A DNA stretch of 64,000 bases, taken from NCBI RefSeq assembly GCF_004010195.1, contig NC_057749.1:13239840-13303839 (forward strand). The letters are read 5' to 3'. The translations under genes and the position numbers were made by a program. Numbering within the stretch: position 1 is the stretch's first letter; every line of letters starts with the position of its first letter. Below, piece by piece: positions 24,287 to 38,400 of the stretch. Below the pieces are notes generated by a model, which made no database searches, was not told the origin of the DNA, and was given only the letters and a program-made list of their open reading frames with translations. Source of the DNA: Chiloscyllium plagiosum. Lineage: Eukaryota.

Positions 24287-27200
24287 GCAAGTTTTCTCTC
24301 TGACCACCCTTGTCCACCGTTGGGATAAAGCTAAAATCCTGTACGAAACATTCAGAGCTTATTCAATTTTTTGCACACAAAGGGAATTGAGGTTTTGTGG
24401 GATCTGGTGAGAGGGTGAAGTTGAGATGGAAGAATGCCAATGATTGTATTGAATAGCCGAATAGGCTCGAATGGCTGTATGACCAATGCCTGCTCCTTTT
24501 TAATTATCATGGGTTAAATTGAGGTTTAGAGATATTTTATGCTTCAGGGATGGTTTCTATATTTGAAGTGCTGTTAACAAACAACATGGATTTTGTTACA
24601 AGTCAATAATTGAACAGTTGACAAGGAAATACAACTTTTTAAAATTAAAAAGTACTTGAGAATTTAGTTTTGGACGTCCTGACTAGCTAATAAACTTTGT
24701 CTTAAGAATTATTTTCAGTCAACCTGTCCTGACATGTTGTGACACACCTCTGGGGCAGGTGGGACTTGAAGCCAGATCTTCTGGCACAGAGGTAGAGACA
24801 CTGTCACCTGAGGTTTTGACTGCTGCTAAGATCTGCTGAGTTTGCCCAGCTTTCTCTGTGCTTATTTTGGATTCCTACACCACAAGAGTCCCTGACAGCA
24901 CTGTCTAATTTGACAATAATTAAATGTGCTGAATCCATTGGATTCTGTTTCTTGATGAGGGACTTTGATTGTTGCTTGGTAACTGGAAATTGACTTTAGT
25001 TTGTAAGCCAGCAGCTCCAGCTTTAGTGAGTACACCTGTACTGTCTTTTATCATGCTGGGTTAGCTGAAGGTTGGGCTCATTACTTCATTGAAGAATTTG
25101 CAATTGCAATGCACTTGTAAATATAAGAACATTAAATGATGTAGGTGTAGGTCACACAGCCTGAGCTTGTTCTGCTGTTCAGTAAGATCTGGCTGAGCTT
25201 TGCACTCACCAGATCCCCACAATTCCTCAATCCCCTTTTAGCGCACAAAAATGATCACTCCGTTTTGAATATACTCAATGGCTGAGCAGCCAAAGTCTCT
25301 GAGAGAAACAGATAGTTTACAATCCACAGAGTGAGAAAGTTTCTTCTTATCACAGGGGTGATCCCCGTATCCTTTTGACTATGACGTACAACTCCAGGAT
25401 GTGAAAATTTTAGGCTTTGTTTTTGGTAAAAGGAGTCACGGGAACCCGTGGGAATAAACAATTAGGATGTGGAATGCACTGCCAGAGAGTGTGGTGGAAG
25501 CGGCTAAAATTGAGGTCTTCAAAGAGGAATTGGGTTATTACCCGAATGGGGGGGACTTGCAAAGTTATGTGCAAGAGGTGGAGAAGTGAGACTAGGTGAG
25601 TTATTCTTACAGAGAAGGGCTGAATGGCCTCACTATGCTTCAACCATTCAGCTATTCATCTTTGTCAATGTTTGCCAAAGCATTTATTGATTTTTAATCT
25701 TCAATTTATGTTGTGAACTTTTCAAAAAGTGTGTAATTTTTTTGCAGTTAATAAAGCATATTACATCTCGTTCTATGCTACTACAAGATTTTAGATTCTC
25801 ATAATTAAACTTGTAATTTAGTGTTTGAACTGTTGTTACATTTTGCTCACTGTATACATGAGCTTAGTGTGCATGCTTTATTCCCACAGTGGGTGGTTGG
25901 AAGGGAAAGAGACTAATATTGGAATATTTAGGCTGCTTTGGATCCACTGTGACTGCAGCAAGTCATCCATCATTGAAATGAGGCTTCTATTTCCTGCCAG
26001 CATAGCTCGTGAAGCTCTTCACAAGGAACTTTCACAGCAAGAGTATTTCCAAATAAAGATGTTACAGTTTAAACACAGAAGGCATGTTGTTGCTAAAAGC
26101 AAAAAGTCCTGGGATGGAAGTTGGCTTTAGCAATGGACGTAAAGACTTAAAAGATTTGTTGACTGTACGTCCGATAGCTAGCAGGCGGTTGTAAATTTTG
26201 ACTACATCAATTTTGAGTACAATCCATGCAGCACAGTAAAATGGAGGAAAAGATAGTAAATGAATTTAGAATTGCGAAATATTATCTGTTAAGTATACAC
26301 CTCCAAAGGAAGAAGCAAGAGCTGGTTTGTCTTCTATATAGGTTTGTTTATTTACAGTACTGTGTACTGAGTAAGTGCAGACTGCTTTTCCCTCCACGCA
26401 CCAGCACCCTCCCAGTTGGAATTGGATTCTTGTATTTTTAGTCAGCTGGTTTAAATGTTTTTTGATATGTTTCTGTGGGTGTCATATCTTGAAGTGTGAC
26501 ACTACCAATGTGCTACAAGACCCCAGGTAAACTGCTGTTTCTATGTGCAACCTATGTTTTTAAGTTGGTATCAGCTGCTCATATGTGCTTAATAGACACA
26601 GCATTTGCAGCATGAGCATTATCTTTTATTTAAATAAAGTCCAAGGTTGACCTGGACATGCTGCTTGTTGCTGTACTTACCCTGAGTATTGTAACAAATA
26701 CTCCTTTCAAATTTTCACTTGTTGAACTCTGTATTACTTCTCGAACAAAGCTCCAAGCCATTTCTCTATGAAGTGGTGTCCAGGGATTGGATCAATGGAG
26801 ATGAGTCACAGGCCATCAGAAAGCATGATGGTAGAGGCCAGTATGGTTTAGTGTCCTGCTTCAGGATATGATGCCACAGAGGCATATCAAAACACATTCA
26901 AACCAGTTGATTAAAAAGAAAAGAATCCAACTCCAGCTGGGAGGATATTGGTGTTTGGAGGGAAAAGCGGTCTGCAACTATGATGTAATTAAAAGCACAC
27001 CCCTTTTGTGGGTTTCCAAGGCAGGCTCATGTACTGGCGTTTGAGAGTAGGTGCTGCTTTAGGCTGACTCCCACCTGACCTCTATGTGTGTTGCGTTTTA
27101 AGCAAAGGGTGCAGTTAGGAGCACAGCTGTTGCTGACTTTTTGACCCTACTCTGGGTATTGGAGCTCATTATATAGCCTGCTTTTTGCCATTGCTGCTGT

Positions 27201-29182
27201 GATCGGTCAACTCAGCTCGGATCACTGAATGAACAACTACTTTGGTTCACATCGGTATAGAGAAATTCGGATGCATCATTTTATAGCAAGCTTGTTTAAT
27301 AACTGACCATCTTTCACATCCTTTTGCAACGAGTAGTTACTCATAACCCTAAAGGGTCAATTACAACAAATCAACTATGATATCCCTGTTGCAAAAATTG
27401 TTCCTATGTCTGATTTCCATTCATAATACATTTAAATGGATCTAATTGTATTTGCAACTCAGAGAGTGATAGTCAGTAGTATTGCAGAGACTCTGTATAA
27501 TAAGTGCTGGTGATTGAATGTCTAGCCCATTTACAGGATTTTGTCAGACTTAATGTGAAAACTCCAATTTGTTAGCAAGCTCTTTTGATTTGCCTTCCAG
27601 ACATTGCACAGACTGGCTCATGACCTTATGGGGCCTGTATTTTGTTTCCTGCCTAGATGGCAAGTTGAAGGCATCTTGCTTTTTGCTCTTTTGGCTGCTG
27701 TTAAATGTATTAAGTGGAATATTTGGACAGTCTTAAATTAATCTCCAGGGTCTGCTTTATCAAGTTCCATCCACTCCACAACTGAGTTGGCAGTCTAGAC
27801 TTGTAATGTAATCAAGTATTTTGACAAACAAGGTAAAAGTGCTTCACCAGTCCTCTTGGGTTATTGATTACAGAATCCTTGCAGTGTAGAAAGAGGCCAT
27901 TTGGCCCATTTACTCTGTGCTGACTCTCCAAATGAGCAAATCAATTAATACCAAACCCTACAAGCTGGCATGTTCTTCATTTCCAGATGACTGTCTAATT
28001 CCCTTTTAAGTGCTTCAGTCTCCACCACACACTCAGACAGTGCCAGATCTTAACCACTTGCAATGGGAAACCACTTCATATCATTTTTGCTTCTTTTGGA
28101 ATTACATTAAATCTGTGCCTTCTCATTCCCTGATTCTTTTAGTACTGTGAACGGCTTCTACTTCCTAACCCTGTCCTGACCCTTCATGTTTTGAATATCT
28201 TCTTGGCTGTCTGTTCTCTCAGGAATATAATCCTTACCTCTCCAATCTATCTTCATTGGAAACGTTAGTGTTGATCGTTTTGCACCCTTTTCCATGCTTT
28301 CTTGTCCTTCCTAAAGCCTAGACTGGACACACTAACTAGCTGAGGCCCAACCAATGTTTTATACAACTTCAACGTAACCTCTTTGTTCTTGTACCTTTTG
28401 CTTTCATTAATTGTTTTCTCAACCTGTACTGTCATGTTCAAAGACCGACATACATGCATCCAGATTAGGCTTGTGGCTTTAATAGCTAGGTATCAGTGAA
28501 CTGCTTTTGGGAAGGAGAGTAAACAAAACATATCATTGTTAGGTCTTTGGGAAACATGTTGTTGCTTTATATCAGTAAATTACTTTTTATTTTTGTTTGC
28601 ATGTTGCTGGCGTGGGGAACGTTGCAATTTGTATCCATTTTCCATAACTGGAGTTCTGAGAAAGGATCACTGGACCAAAACGTTAACTCTGATTTCTCTC
28701 CACAGATGCTGCCAGACCTGCTGAGCTTTCTCCTGCAATTTCTGTTTTTGTTTCTGATTTTCAGCATCTGTAGTTCTTTTGGTTTTTATATTTTTTGAAA
28801 TATTAAGATGAGAGCAATGGGAGCTGGGATGAAAGAAGAGTTGAGGTCCAGAGGGGATCAGCCGTGATTTATTTCAAAGTTAGGAAGGTGTGATGTTAAG
28901 GTCATAATGTGCTCTTGATTTTGCCACTCTTGTTCTTTTATGTGGTAATATCGGAAGGATTTGGAGGCATCCTGCTTTTCAGTGGAGGAGTTGTTTTATA
29001 GGCAGAAATGAATGCCATTTAGAGTCATAGAGATGTACAGCACGTAAACAGAACCTTCGATCCAAATTGTTCATGCCGACCAGATATCCTAAGCTAATCT
29101 AGTCCCATTTGCCAGCACTTGGCCCATATCCCTCTAAACCCTTCCTATTCATGTACCCATCCAGATGCCTTTTAAATGCTGT

Positions 29183-29590
29183 AATTGTACCAGCATCCAC
29201 CACTTTTTCTGGCAGCTTATTCCATACAATGAAGTTGCATAGCTTCTTAATGTTTTACTGCTTCCCCTTTATTTTTAAATGTGATTTGGTATCTGATCTG
29301 TTACCACTGGATGGTGCTGCATTAACGCTTCGTGTTGTATTGTTCTGTGCCTAAACTGAGAATTATTGCATAGGATTTATAGTGAAAATTGTACCAGCAT
29401 CCACCACTTTCTCTGGCAGCTTATTCCATACAATGAAGTTGCATAGTTTCTTAATGTTTTACTGCTTTCCCTTTCTTTTTAAATGCGATTTGGTATCTGA
29501 TCTGTTACCACTGGATGGTGCTGCATTAACGCTTCGTGTTGTATTGTTCTGTGCCTAAACTGAGAATTATTGCATAGGATTTATAGTGAA
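29183..29590. repeat. 204-bp direct tandem duplication (2 copies)
   Basis: 29183-29386 vs 29387-29590, about 5 substitutions counted by eye. Confidence 0.9.
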
Positions 29591-30185
29591 ACTGAGAAAG
29601 ATTCAATCAACATTAAAGTTTGTTTCAGTGTACTGGTCCATTACAATGCTTTCCACGAGCAAAGTTTAGGGACTAGAATGAGTTTAGTGATATTGCTCTG
29701 TGATTTTGTTGGGATTTTGGTTTGTAGAAACCTTTGTGTCAAATTGACTCCCATGAAAGTTGTTGACAGCTTCTTGGCTGTCATAGAAGGGAAAATAAAT
29801 ATTGCATTTGTATAGGGCTTCATCGCATCTTTTAAAACCTTTTTCACAAATGATGAATAGCTTTGAAGTGTAGTCATGGTTACGTAACGCATTCACAGCC
29901 AGTTGGAATCTTATCTGTAAAGGATAAAAAGTGGAGTCTGTATTGCTGTATCTAGTGTAATGAAATGAAAAGAAAGTGTATGCTAATAGTGTCTTCAAAC
30001 TGCATGTAAATGAGCCAAAACTAGCATCTTTTAATTTGATACAAAAACATAATGAGTTCCCTGGTGGAAATAATTCCAGATTTGCTTTTACTGTTGGATA
30101 TGCCTATAAGAAAATCTCATCCCATACCCAGGGCACATTGAGGATGTGTAGGGACAGCTTTATTACTCTTTCTTTCCTCTCTCAG

Positions 30186-30351
30186 GTCTTCAGGATAACC
30201 CTGACTTGCGTGTTGTCTTCCTGTTTGGATACAACACCTTTAAACCCGCAGCTGCAGACTTCATTCAGCGTCTCACAAAGCCATTCAATGTGAACAACAC
30301 TATTGTTATTGGGGGACACATTGACCAAGTGGTTTCGCCTAGTTCTGAAAG
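30186..30351 (+). CDS. fbxo22: FBXO22 exon 6, 166 nt
   Basis: ctcag|GT...AAAG|gtaggt. Encodes (G)LQDNPDLRVVFLFGYNTFKPAAADFIQRLTKPFNVNNTIVIGGHIDQVVSPSSE, matching human GLLDNPELRVVLVFGYN. Confidence 0.93.
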
Positions 30352-32249
30352 GTAGGTGCCCATACGAATGAGTCTTTATCCGGACATGTACCTTGTTAAC
30401 ACCTGGGGAGAAATGCTTCTGTGCTTTCTTCCCACATTTAATTCATTCCACGACTCTGAATGATTTATCTGTCCATCAAGCTGGCTCCCTGCAGAATAAT
30501 TAAGCTGTCCTCTACCACGTTGCCATGTAACTGTATGCTCCTGGATTGCAGTAAAAAATTGCAAATCAGTTCCCCCTAAAGCCCAGAGGTAAATGCACCA
30601 CTTGACGTGTTAGTGAGCCCTGGAGACAAAGGAAATCTTGGATCTATTCCATGTTGTGTGCTGAACTAGTTGTTCTTGGGGAGGAAGGTTACTCATTGTC
30701 TTCGGCAGAGACGGAGGTAAAATCATCAAGGATTCCGGTGTTATTTCACGAGCTATTGTTAGAAGTACATTTCTGCACAGAGGGAAAACTGAGAAAGTAG
30801 TTAACAAGGCACACAAAATCCTTGACTTCATAATTAGAGGTGTGGAGTATAAAAGCAAAGAAGTTATAGTGAATCTTTATAAACCATTCATGTGTTCTCA
30901 ACTAAAGTATTGCATCCAATTTGGGCCCCACACCTAAAGGAGTATATGGATGTTTTAGAAAGAATGCAGAAATGATTGGCGAGAATCATTCCAGGCATTA
31001 TGGCCTTCACTTACATGAATTTGTTGGAGAAGCTGGAGTTTGATTAGATTGGATTAGATTCCCTACAATGTGGAAACAGGCCCTTCGACCCAACCAGTCC
31101 ACACTGACCCTACGAAGAGTAACCCACCCTATGACTAATACACCTAGCACTATGGGCAATTTAGCATGGCCAATTCACCTGACCTGCACACCTTTGGACT
31201 GTGGGAGGAAACCGGAGCACCCAGAGGAAACTCATGCAGACACAGGGAGAATGTGCAAACGAGTTGTTCTAATTAAAGAAGAGAAGGTCAAAATTAAATT
31301 TAAAGAGACATGTTCAAAGTTCTTCCAAAGTTGGCAAAGAGAGAAACTTCCTATTGATGGTAGGGTCATGACTCAGAGGTTAAAGATTTTGAGCATTCGG
31401 CAAAAGGATCAAAGTTGGCATGAGAGTAAAGCTGTTTACCTATCAATTGGTTACAAACTGAAGCACACTGTCAGAAGCATTGGAGTCTGATTCTTTCACA
31501 ACTTTAAAAAAAATTGGGAAAACGTCTGAAGTGAAGAAACCTGCAGAGAATGGAATTGCCTAAATTGCTGTTGTGGAGAGCTGGCGTGCCCTCGATGTCC
31601 CAAATGGTCCCCTGTTCTATAACCATTTTATATGTGATGATTGGATGAGGTAGTTTAGCAGAAATATAAGAAATTTCAAGTCCTTAGCATCTGCAGCAAG
31701 TGAAATACATTGTTTCAAAAATATGATTAAAATAGGTTAGATGTCATACAAGGAGAAGTACTGATTAAGAACTTCCTTAAATCACTATCCTGGTCATTCA
31801 ATTGAAACAATCTTTGCAAGTGACCAAATTTTGGGAATTTGATCGACTATCTATGTTCCCTTTCAGCTCTCAATGATTTGATGTAGCAATCTTACAACAT
31901 TGACAGTCTCATGAAGTTAAAGATGAGTTAATGCATAATACCAAATATATTGGAAAACCACTTTATTTATTGACAGAAAAAGTAAAATGTAATGCTGATT
32001 CTGGAAATCCAAAACCAAGATAAAAGCCTTTAGATATACAGGGCAGGTCAGTCAGCATCATTCTGGAGAGAAGCACAGTTAATATTTCACATTGATAAAC
32101 GTTCAGAATTTTTATATACATTTTTCTTTAATCACATAATTCAAATCTCCTGTGATGCTTTGACAATAGTTGTAGTAGGACAGGGGCTATTGCACATGCA
32201 CAAAAGTGCAAGCCATTCTGCGCCAGCAACATCTCATCAGGTTAAGATA

Positions 32250-32745
32250 GTCATACAGTCATTCAGCACAGAAACAGATCGTTGTTTGACATGGACTATA
32301 ATTCCCAGCTAAACTAGTCCCCCCCTGCCTGTTTCTGGCCCATAACCCTCCAAATCTTTCTTATTCATGTACTTCTCCAAGTGTCTGTCAAATGTTGCAA
32401 TTGTGCTCACATCTACCACTTCCTCAGGATGTTCATTCCATACATTACCCTGTGTGTAAAAGGTGTGCCCCTCATATCTTATAAAATCTCCCTCGTCTCA
32501 TCTTGAAAATGTGCCCCGTCATATTGAAATCCCCCATCCTAGGGAAAAGATACATGCCATTAACCCTATCTATAACCCTCATGATTTTAAAGACTTCTTT
32601 ACGGTCACCTCTCAACTTCCTACTCTCCAGTGAAATAAGTTCCAGCCTCTCCAGCCTTTCTTTATAACTCAAACTTTTCATATCTGGCAGCATCCTGATA
32701 AATCTCTTCTGAGCCCTCTCCACCTTAATAATGTCCTTCCTATAT
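32250..32745 (-). mobile_element. CR1/HER1-like LINE 3' fragment
   Basis: Translates to ERAQKRFIRMLP..LSYKERLERLEL.SLE.R.LRGD..EVFKIM, the CR1 ORF2 C-terminus, plus a 3' tail. Similar fragments at ~9594-10040, 13350-13690, 14580-14957, 16410-16564, 40255-40930, 42640-43740, 50515-51070, 53400-54340, 56545-56975 and 59420-59910. Confidence 0.85.
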
Positions 32746-34626
32746 TAGTGACTTTTATTTGCAGCAGGAGCAGCTGAGAGAACCACATAGTGTCTATAAA
32801 AACAGACAAAGAGTGATGCTACTGCTGTCACATCCAAAGCTTGATGTATGCAGAGTGATGGCATTGTTCCTGGTATTTCTTTACTGTCTAAGCTGAGTGA
32901 AAAATGTTCCATGTGTATACAGGAGCAGTCCTTGAATGTAGGTGCAATAGAGAGTTCAGTATTTGGAATGATTGCTTTGGCACAGTTTAAAGAATTGGGT
33001 TTAATTGTTTTGGTGTATTTATGTGACTGTTCCTGTCAGTCAGGATGAATGTGTCTACTTTGTGTTCTCTTGATTAAAGTGATAATCTGCCCTTGTCTGC
33101 TCACCAGTAAGTCATCATCATTAAAAAAAAAGACTTCACTGTGTTTTGACTCTCATCTTGGAGGAGGAAAGCCCTAATGGCATTTGTTTCAGTACAAAGT
33201 GTTTTCCCATCCAGCCTTTATCATTTCAAAAGGTATGTTCCTCATTTCATGTGGGTGGTGCCATCATCATTTTTAATATCAAATGCCAATTAGAGAGTAA
33301 AATGAGTCAGCACTGTGAAAACCAGGAACTCCCAGTTGATGAAACAAATTGTACAGTACACAACTAGGTAAGCAGCTAGTCAAAGATATGAAGGATCAAA
33401 GAGAGGTAAAACATGGAGGATAAATTACTGTCTTACTAATAAGCAGCGAAGTCTATTTCTCTTCCTAATTAGAAATCCACTAACTAAATCGCCTAAGAAG
33501 TTCCACATTTCAGAGCAATATGTTCGAGTGATTTTGTTCACAGGTTGTTAATCATTGGAGAGTCATGCTTTGGGTTTATTTTAGTTTCTAGCCCACCTGG
33601 GCTCAGCTGTAAATGTTTTTCTTTTCATCCAATTTACAAATTCGACAGAATTAACACCCACTGAGAGAAGGAAAGCACTTAATTATAATTCAATCCTCTT
33701 ACCTGTCCATTCCTGAGGTGACTAAATTAAACAAGTAACTTAAACCATAAAATGGTTCTTAAAGCTGTCTTCTGCCACCTGATTTGTTCTTGTGAATTTT
33801 ATGTTGATTTGAGGTGAGAGATGTTCAGAGGAATGAGTTGTTAAATTTTAGGAAAAGCAGGTCGTAATTAATTACTGTCAAATTGGGTATAATTTAGATT
33901 CAGATAGTTCTCCCTCTTTTCCCGAAACAATGTGTCTTCGTCCTAACCCTAAAAGAGTCACAGTTGTTTCACTAGTGGGCGTTATCCATTCAGGATGGTT
34001 TTGCACTTTAAATTGAGGGGTGATAGACATAGGACAGATATCAGAGGTAGTTTCTTTACTCAGAGAGTAGTAGGAGCGTGGAACACTCTGCCTGCAACAG
34101 TAGTAGACTTGCCAACTTTAAATTTAAAATGGTCATTGAATAAACATGTGGATGAAAATGGAATCGTGTAGGTTAGATTTGCTTCAGATTGGTTCCACAG
34201 GTTGGCGCAACATCGTGGGCCGAAAGACCTGTACTGCTCTAATATTCTGTGACAACCTTGTTTTAAGATGGACTTTTGCAGTTAGCAGATAAGACACTTT
34301 CATCCCTTAATTCAGGTGTGATTCTAATTCTGATCTCAGAGGTGAAAGGCTCCCAATCTAAGCCATAGCAGTCCTTTGCTCCCATATTATTTCTGTAAAC
34401 GTGCCATTTCCCATAAGCTTCATTTTGGAAATAGTATGTATAAGCACTTAGACATTACAGAGCTATTTTACATTCTTGTGCTTTAAGGGGCAAATATTCA
34501 TCCTATTCTGTTCAATTGAAAATTATTCCTGTTGCCTAGAAACTGACTGACTGACAGCAATCTTTCACAATCAATGTTTTACTTTCATTCCCCCCACCCC
34601 ATCCCCCCCAAAATAAACCTTTCTAG

Positions 34627-35044
34627 TATCGACGTACAGTACATGTACGGTTTTGTTGGCCTATCATTAAGTGGAAGATCGATCCAGGCAGCATCAATCC
34701 TCCTGGATGAGGATGTAGAGACACCCAAGAGTGCTGAAGCAGCGATGCAACGTCTCAAAGCGGCCAACATACCCGAGGTCAACACAGTAGGCTTCATGTT
34801 TGCCTGCATCGGACGGGGTCAGAACTATTACTCCAACAAGGAAAACGTGGAAGCAGATGCCTTCAGGAAGCAGTTTCCTGGCATTCCATTATTCGGTTTC
34901 TTTGGAAATGGAGAGATTGGCTGTGATCGCATTGTGACTGAAAACTTCTCCCTGAGGGAGTGTGGCAACTCTTTAGATGGCGATGAGTTGCTTCATGGAT
35001 ACACTACAGTGATCGCGCTTGTCCATTTGGGACCTGTGAAATAA
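34627..35044 (+). CDS. fbxo22: FBXO22 last coding exon (FIST-C domain)
   Basis: ttctag| acceptor in phase with exon 6. Contains [55 protein letters not shown], near-identical to the FBXO22 C-terminus. Stop TAA at 35042-35044. Confidence 0.96.
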
Positions 35045-35448
35045 AAAAACAAAAAAAACTCTTCAAGAGGCTCGAAAATTGGGCCCATGGTATACAAAGA
35101 TGCATGCCTATTGTAGGATTGTCTCCATTGTTTTGAAGCAACATTGTTCTAATGGACTAAGCAAATTTGCAGAGTGGGTTCATATAATTTGGGCTCTGAT
35201 GGCACTGTCTATGTTAAAGTTGCACCTGCTGTAGACGTGTGACAACCTTTCTGAACAGGAGGGGGCTGATTAAAAGTAAATGGGCTCATGTTTGAGCTAA
35301 GTGATCGACCCAAACAATTCTCTTGTGTCTCAATAGAACAGGAGGTGAAACTGGGCTTTTGGGTGTCATCAATTTAATTGATTCATAGCTTTTTGACATG
35401 ATTTTGATTTTGCTTTTTATTTCACACTGGAATGCAGAACTAATCATG

Positions 35449-35454
35449 AATAAA
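35449..35454 (+). terminator. Candidate FBXO22 polyadenylation signal
   Basis: AATAAA about 400 nt after the stop, followed by T-rich sequence. Confidence 0.5.
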
Positions 35455-38400
35455 CAAGCAATTTTTCTAGTGATCTTTCCCTTGTAATTTTTAAAAATTT
35501 GTAATCTTTTGTGACTTAAACCAAAGGGTTCAGCAGGATTTTAACTGCTGTGACTAGGAAAATCTTGAACTTTCTGGATTGTTCCAATAAATCTCTTGGT
35601 TGAGTTTCTATTGTGATCATTGTTAATGCTTGGGTAAAGAGTAACAGTGGTGAAAACTGGAATGCAGGAAGCATGCACATACCCAACGATGAGATTCGTA
35701 AAGAAAAGAGAGACTTGCATCTGCAGAGCACCTTTTCACAATATTTGGCCATCCAAAAATGTTTTAGGGCTAATGAGGTACATTTGCAGTATGGTCGATG
35801 CTGTAATGTTGGAAACGTGTTAGCCAATTTCTGAACAGCAAGCTCCCAATAGAAGACAATTTGCTCCAGTTACATTGGCTGAGGGTGAAACATTGGCTGT
35901 AGCACAAGGAAAACTACTCTTTGAATGCTATCATGGGATCTTTTGCAACTACCTGAGTAGTTGTCTCAGTTGAACATCCTTTAAGTGACAGTATATGACT
36001 TGTACTTGAGTGCCACCCTCCATTTTATGCACCGCTCTCTGGAGTGAAGCTTGAGCCCATGTCTTTCTGACTCAGAGGTGGGAGTTCTAACCACTGAACT
36101 GTACTGATACTATCTCAACTTACTTTCTGGAAACCGCCCAGTGGTACATTTGAAGGTTTTGCCCTTCCCTGAAATGGGCGTAGAAGAGAACGTTTTTGGG
36201 TTCTCTTTGAGCTGTCATTAGTGAGATATATAAATGAAGTGATTAATGTAGGCAGCATCAAACAAAACATTACATAGCAAGTGCAGTCCCTCTCTCCACA
36301 TTCGAATCCAGGTTTAACAATGAGGATGGACTGTGTGGAAAGAGTGGGAATCAGGTGGAAGTGGGATGCAGTGGAACCTTTAACAGATAAGTTGTATAAC
36401 CTGGAGCCGAGGGATTTATCATTTTAAAGGTCTTCAATGATCTGATTTTTTTTAAAAATGAAAATGTACAAACCACCTTCCCCATTCCACCTCTGCTCTC
36501 CAAGCTGAAGATTTTAAAATGAACTAATTCTATCAGCCTTTTTATGATTGTGTAGCAGGAGACTCTCGGTGGGGGGGACAGACCAAAAGTGCATCAGCGA
36601 TGTCCTGGAAATCCCTGAGAAGTTTGAACATCCCCACAGACTCCCGTGGGTCCCTGTCTTCTGACTGACCAAAAGTGTTATTCTTTACTCTTTCATGGAA
36701 TTTGGGCGTCACCGGCAAGCGCAATGTTTGTTACTCATCCCTAGTTATCCTTGAACTGAGTGGTTTACCTAAACGTTTAAGAAGGCAGTTAAGAATTGTC
36801 TGCGTGGGTTTCCTCCCACAGTCCAAAGATGTGCATGATAGGTGAATTGGCCATGTTAAATTGCCCGTAGTGTAAGGTGCATTAGTCAGAGGGAAATGGG
36901 TCTGGATGGGTTACTGTTCAGAGGATCGGTGTGGACTGGTTGGGCCGCAGGGCCTGTTTCCACACTGTAGGAAATCTGAAAAAAGAATGAGCCGTGTTGC
37001 TGTGATTATGAAGTTTCACAGACTAGATAAGGGTGGCAGATTTCCTTCTGAAGGGCATTAGTGAATCAGATGTTTTTTTTTACAATAATCTAATAATTTC
37101 GTGATCACCATTACAGATCAGCTTTTAAATTCGGGTTTAATAATTGACTCTAAATTCCACCAGCTGCCATAGTGGGATTTGTCTGCACAGTATTAGCTTG
37201 GGCCTTTGGATTAATAGTCTTAGAGTCATACAGCATGGAAAAATACCTTTTGGTCCAACTTGTCCATGCTGACTAACTAGTCCCATCTGCCTGTTTTTGG
37301 CCCATGTCCCTTTAAACTTTTCCTATTCACGTACCTGTCCAAATGTTTCTTAAATGTTGTGACTGTACATGCACGTACCACTTCCTCAAGCAGTTCATTC
37401 GACATTTGAACCACCTTCTATGTGGAAAAAGTTGCCCCTCAGGTCCCTTTTAAATTTTTCTTCTCTCGAGTGACATTACAGTACACTACCTTCTCAAATT
37501 TAAGGTCGCAGGGAGAGCACACAGAGACCTCTAAGTTCACTATATGTCCAACCTTTCAAATGCTAACTGTCCTATAAGTAACATAGTCTGCCAAACTCTT
37601 ACACGATTTGTCAGTCAACTCAGTATCCACTGAAAATGAAGTGGAAACAAATCACTTTCAATCCTGTAGAATTGTTCAATTCGAAGTAAATATACGTGCT
37701 TGTGTTACAAACATCTATGATTGCCTAAAAATCTCCAGGAATTGAAGATCAATCCCATGTACATTCCAGACTGAGTTAAACTGAGACCCATCGCCTGCTT
37801 GGAAGGATGTAAAAAAAAATCCCGTGGCACTGTTTTAACAAAGTGGGAAATTATCCCCAGTTCCTGGCCTATATTTGGACCTCAGTCAGCATTACTTAAA
37901 GCAGGTTATTAACACGTTGTTCTTTGTGGGGTTTGCTGAATGAATATTACCCGGCTGTGTCTAATCTGGCAACAGAGACTACACTTAAAAAACATGCACT
38001 TCATTAGCCGTAAAGCACGTTGAGATGTACAGTAGTGTAAAGTGCTATTTAAATGTATGATTATGTATATTGTATCTTTAATTAACCTGGGAGAAATATT
38101 GTAGAACCTTGAAAGCACAGAGGAATGATTCAGCCTCTTGAGCTTGTGCTGGCTTTTTGGAAGGAGTAGTTCTTAGTTTCTACATCCCTGCTTTTGGCGT
38201 TTCTGTCCAACTCCCTCCAAAACTTATTAATGGCGGTGGCTTCAACCACCACTTCAGAAAGAGATTGTGACAGATCAGAGCGAAATGTATGTCCCTCTCT
38301 CTTCGCAACAATCTTCTCGAGCCATGTCCATGCACAGACATCCTTTGAAGTTAGAAGCACAGGAAGTTACTAACCATTTCTTGTGAGAATCCCATTGATC

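Noticed and set aside
34574-34626. ORF-track N-terminus MFYFHSPHP... of the 156-aa ORF
   Set aside because: Intronic read-through. The exon starts at the acceptor before 34627, in phase with exon 6.
35040-35045. AATAAA overlapping the FBXO22 stop codon
   Set aside because: It would leave almost no 3'UTR and sits in an A-rich run. The 35449 signal is more plausible.
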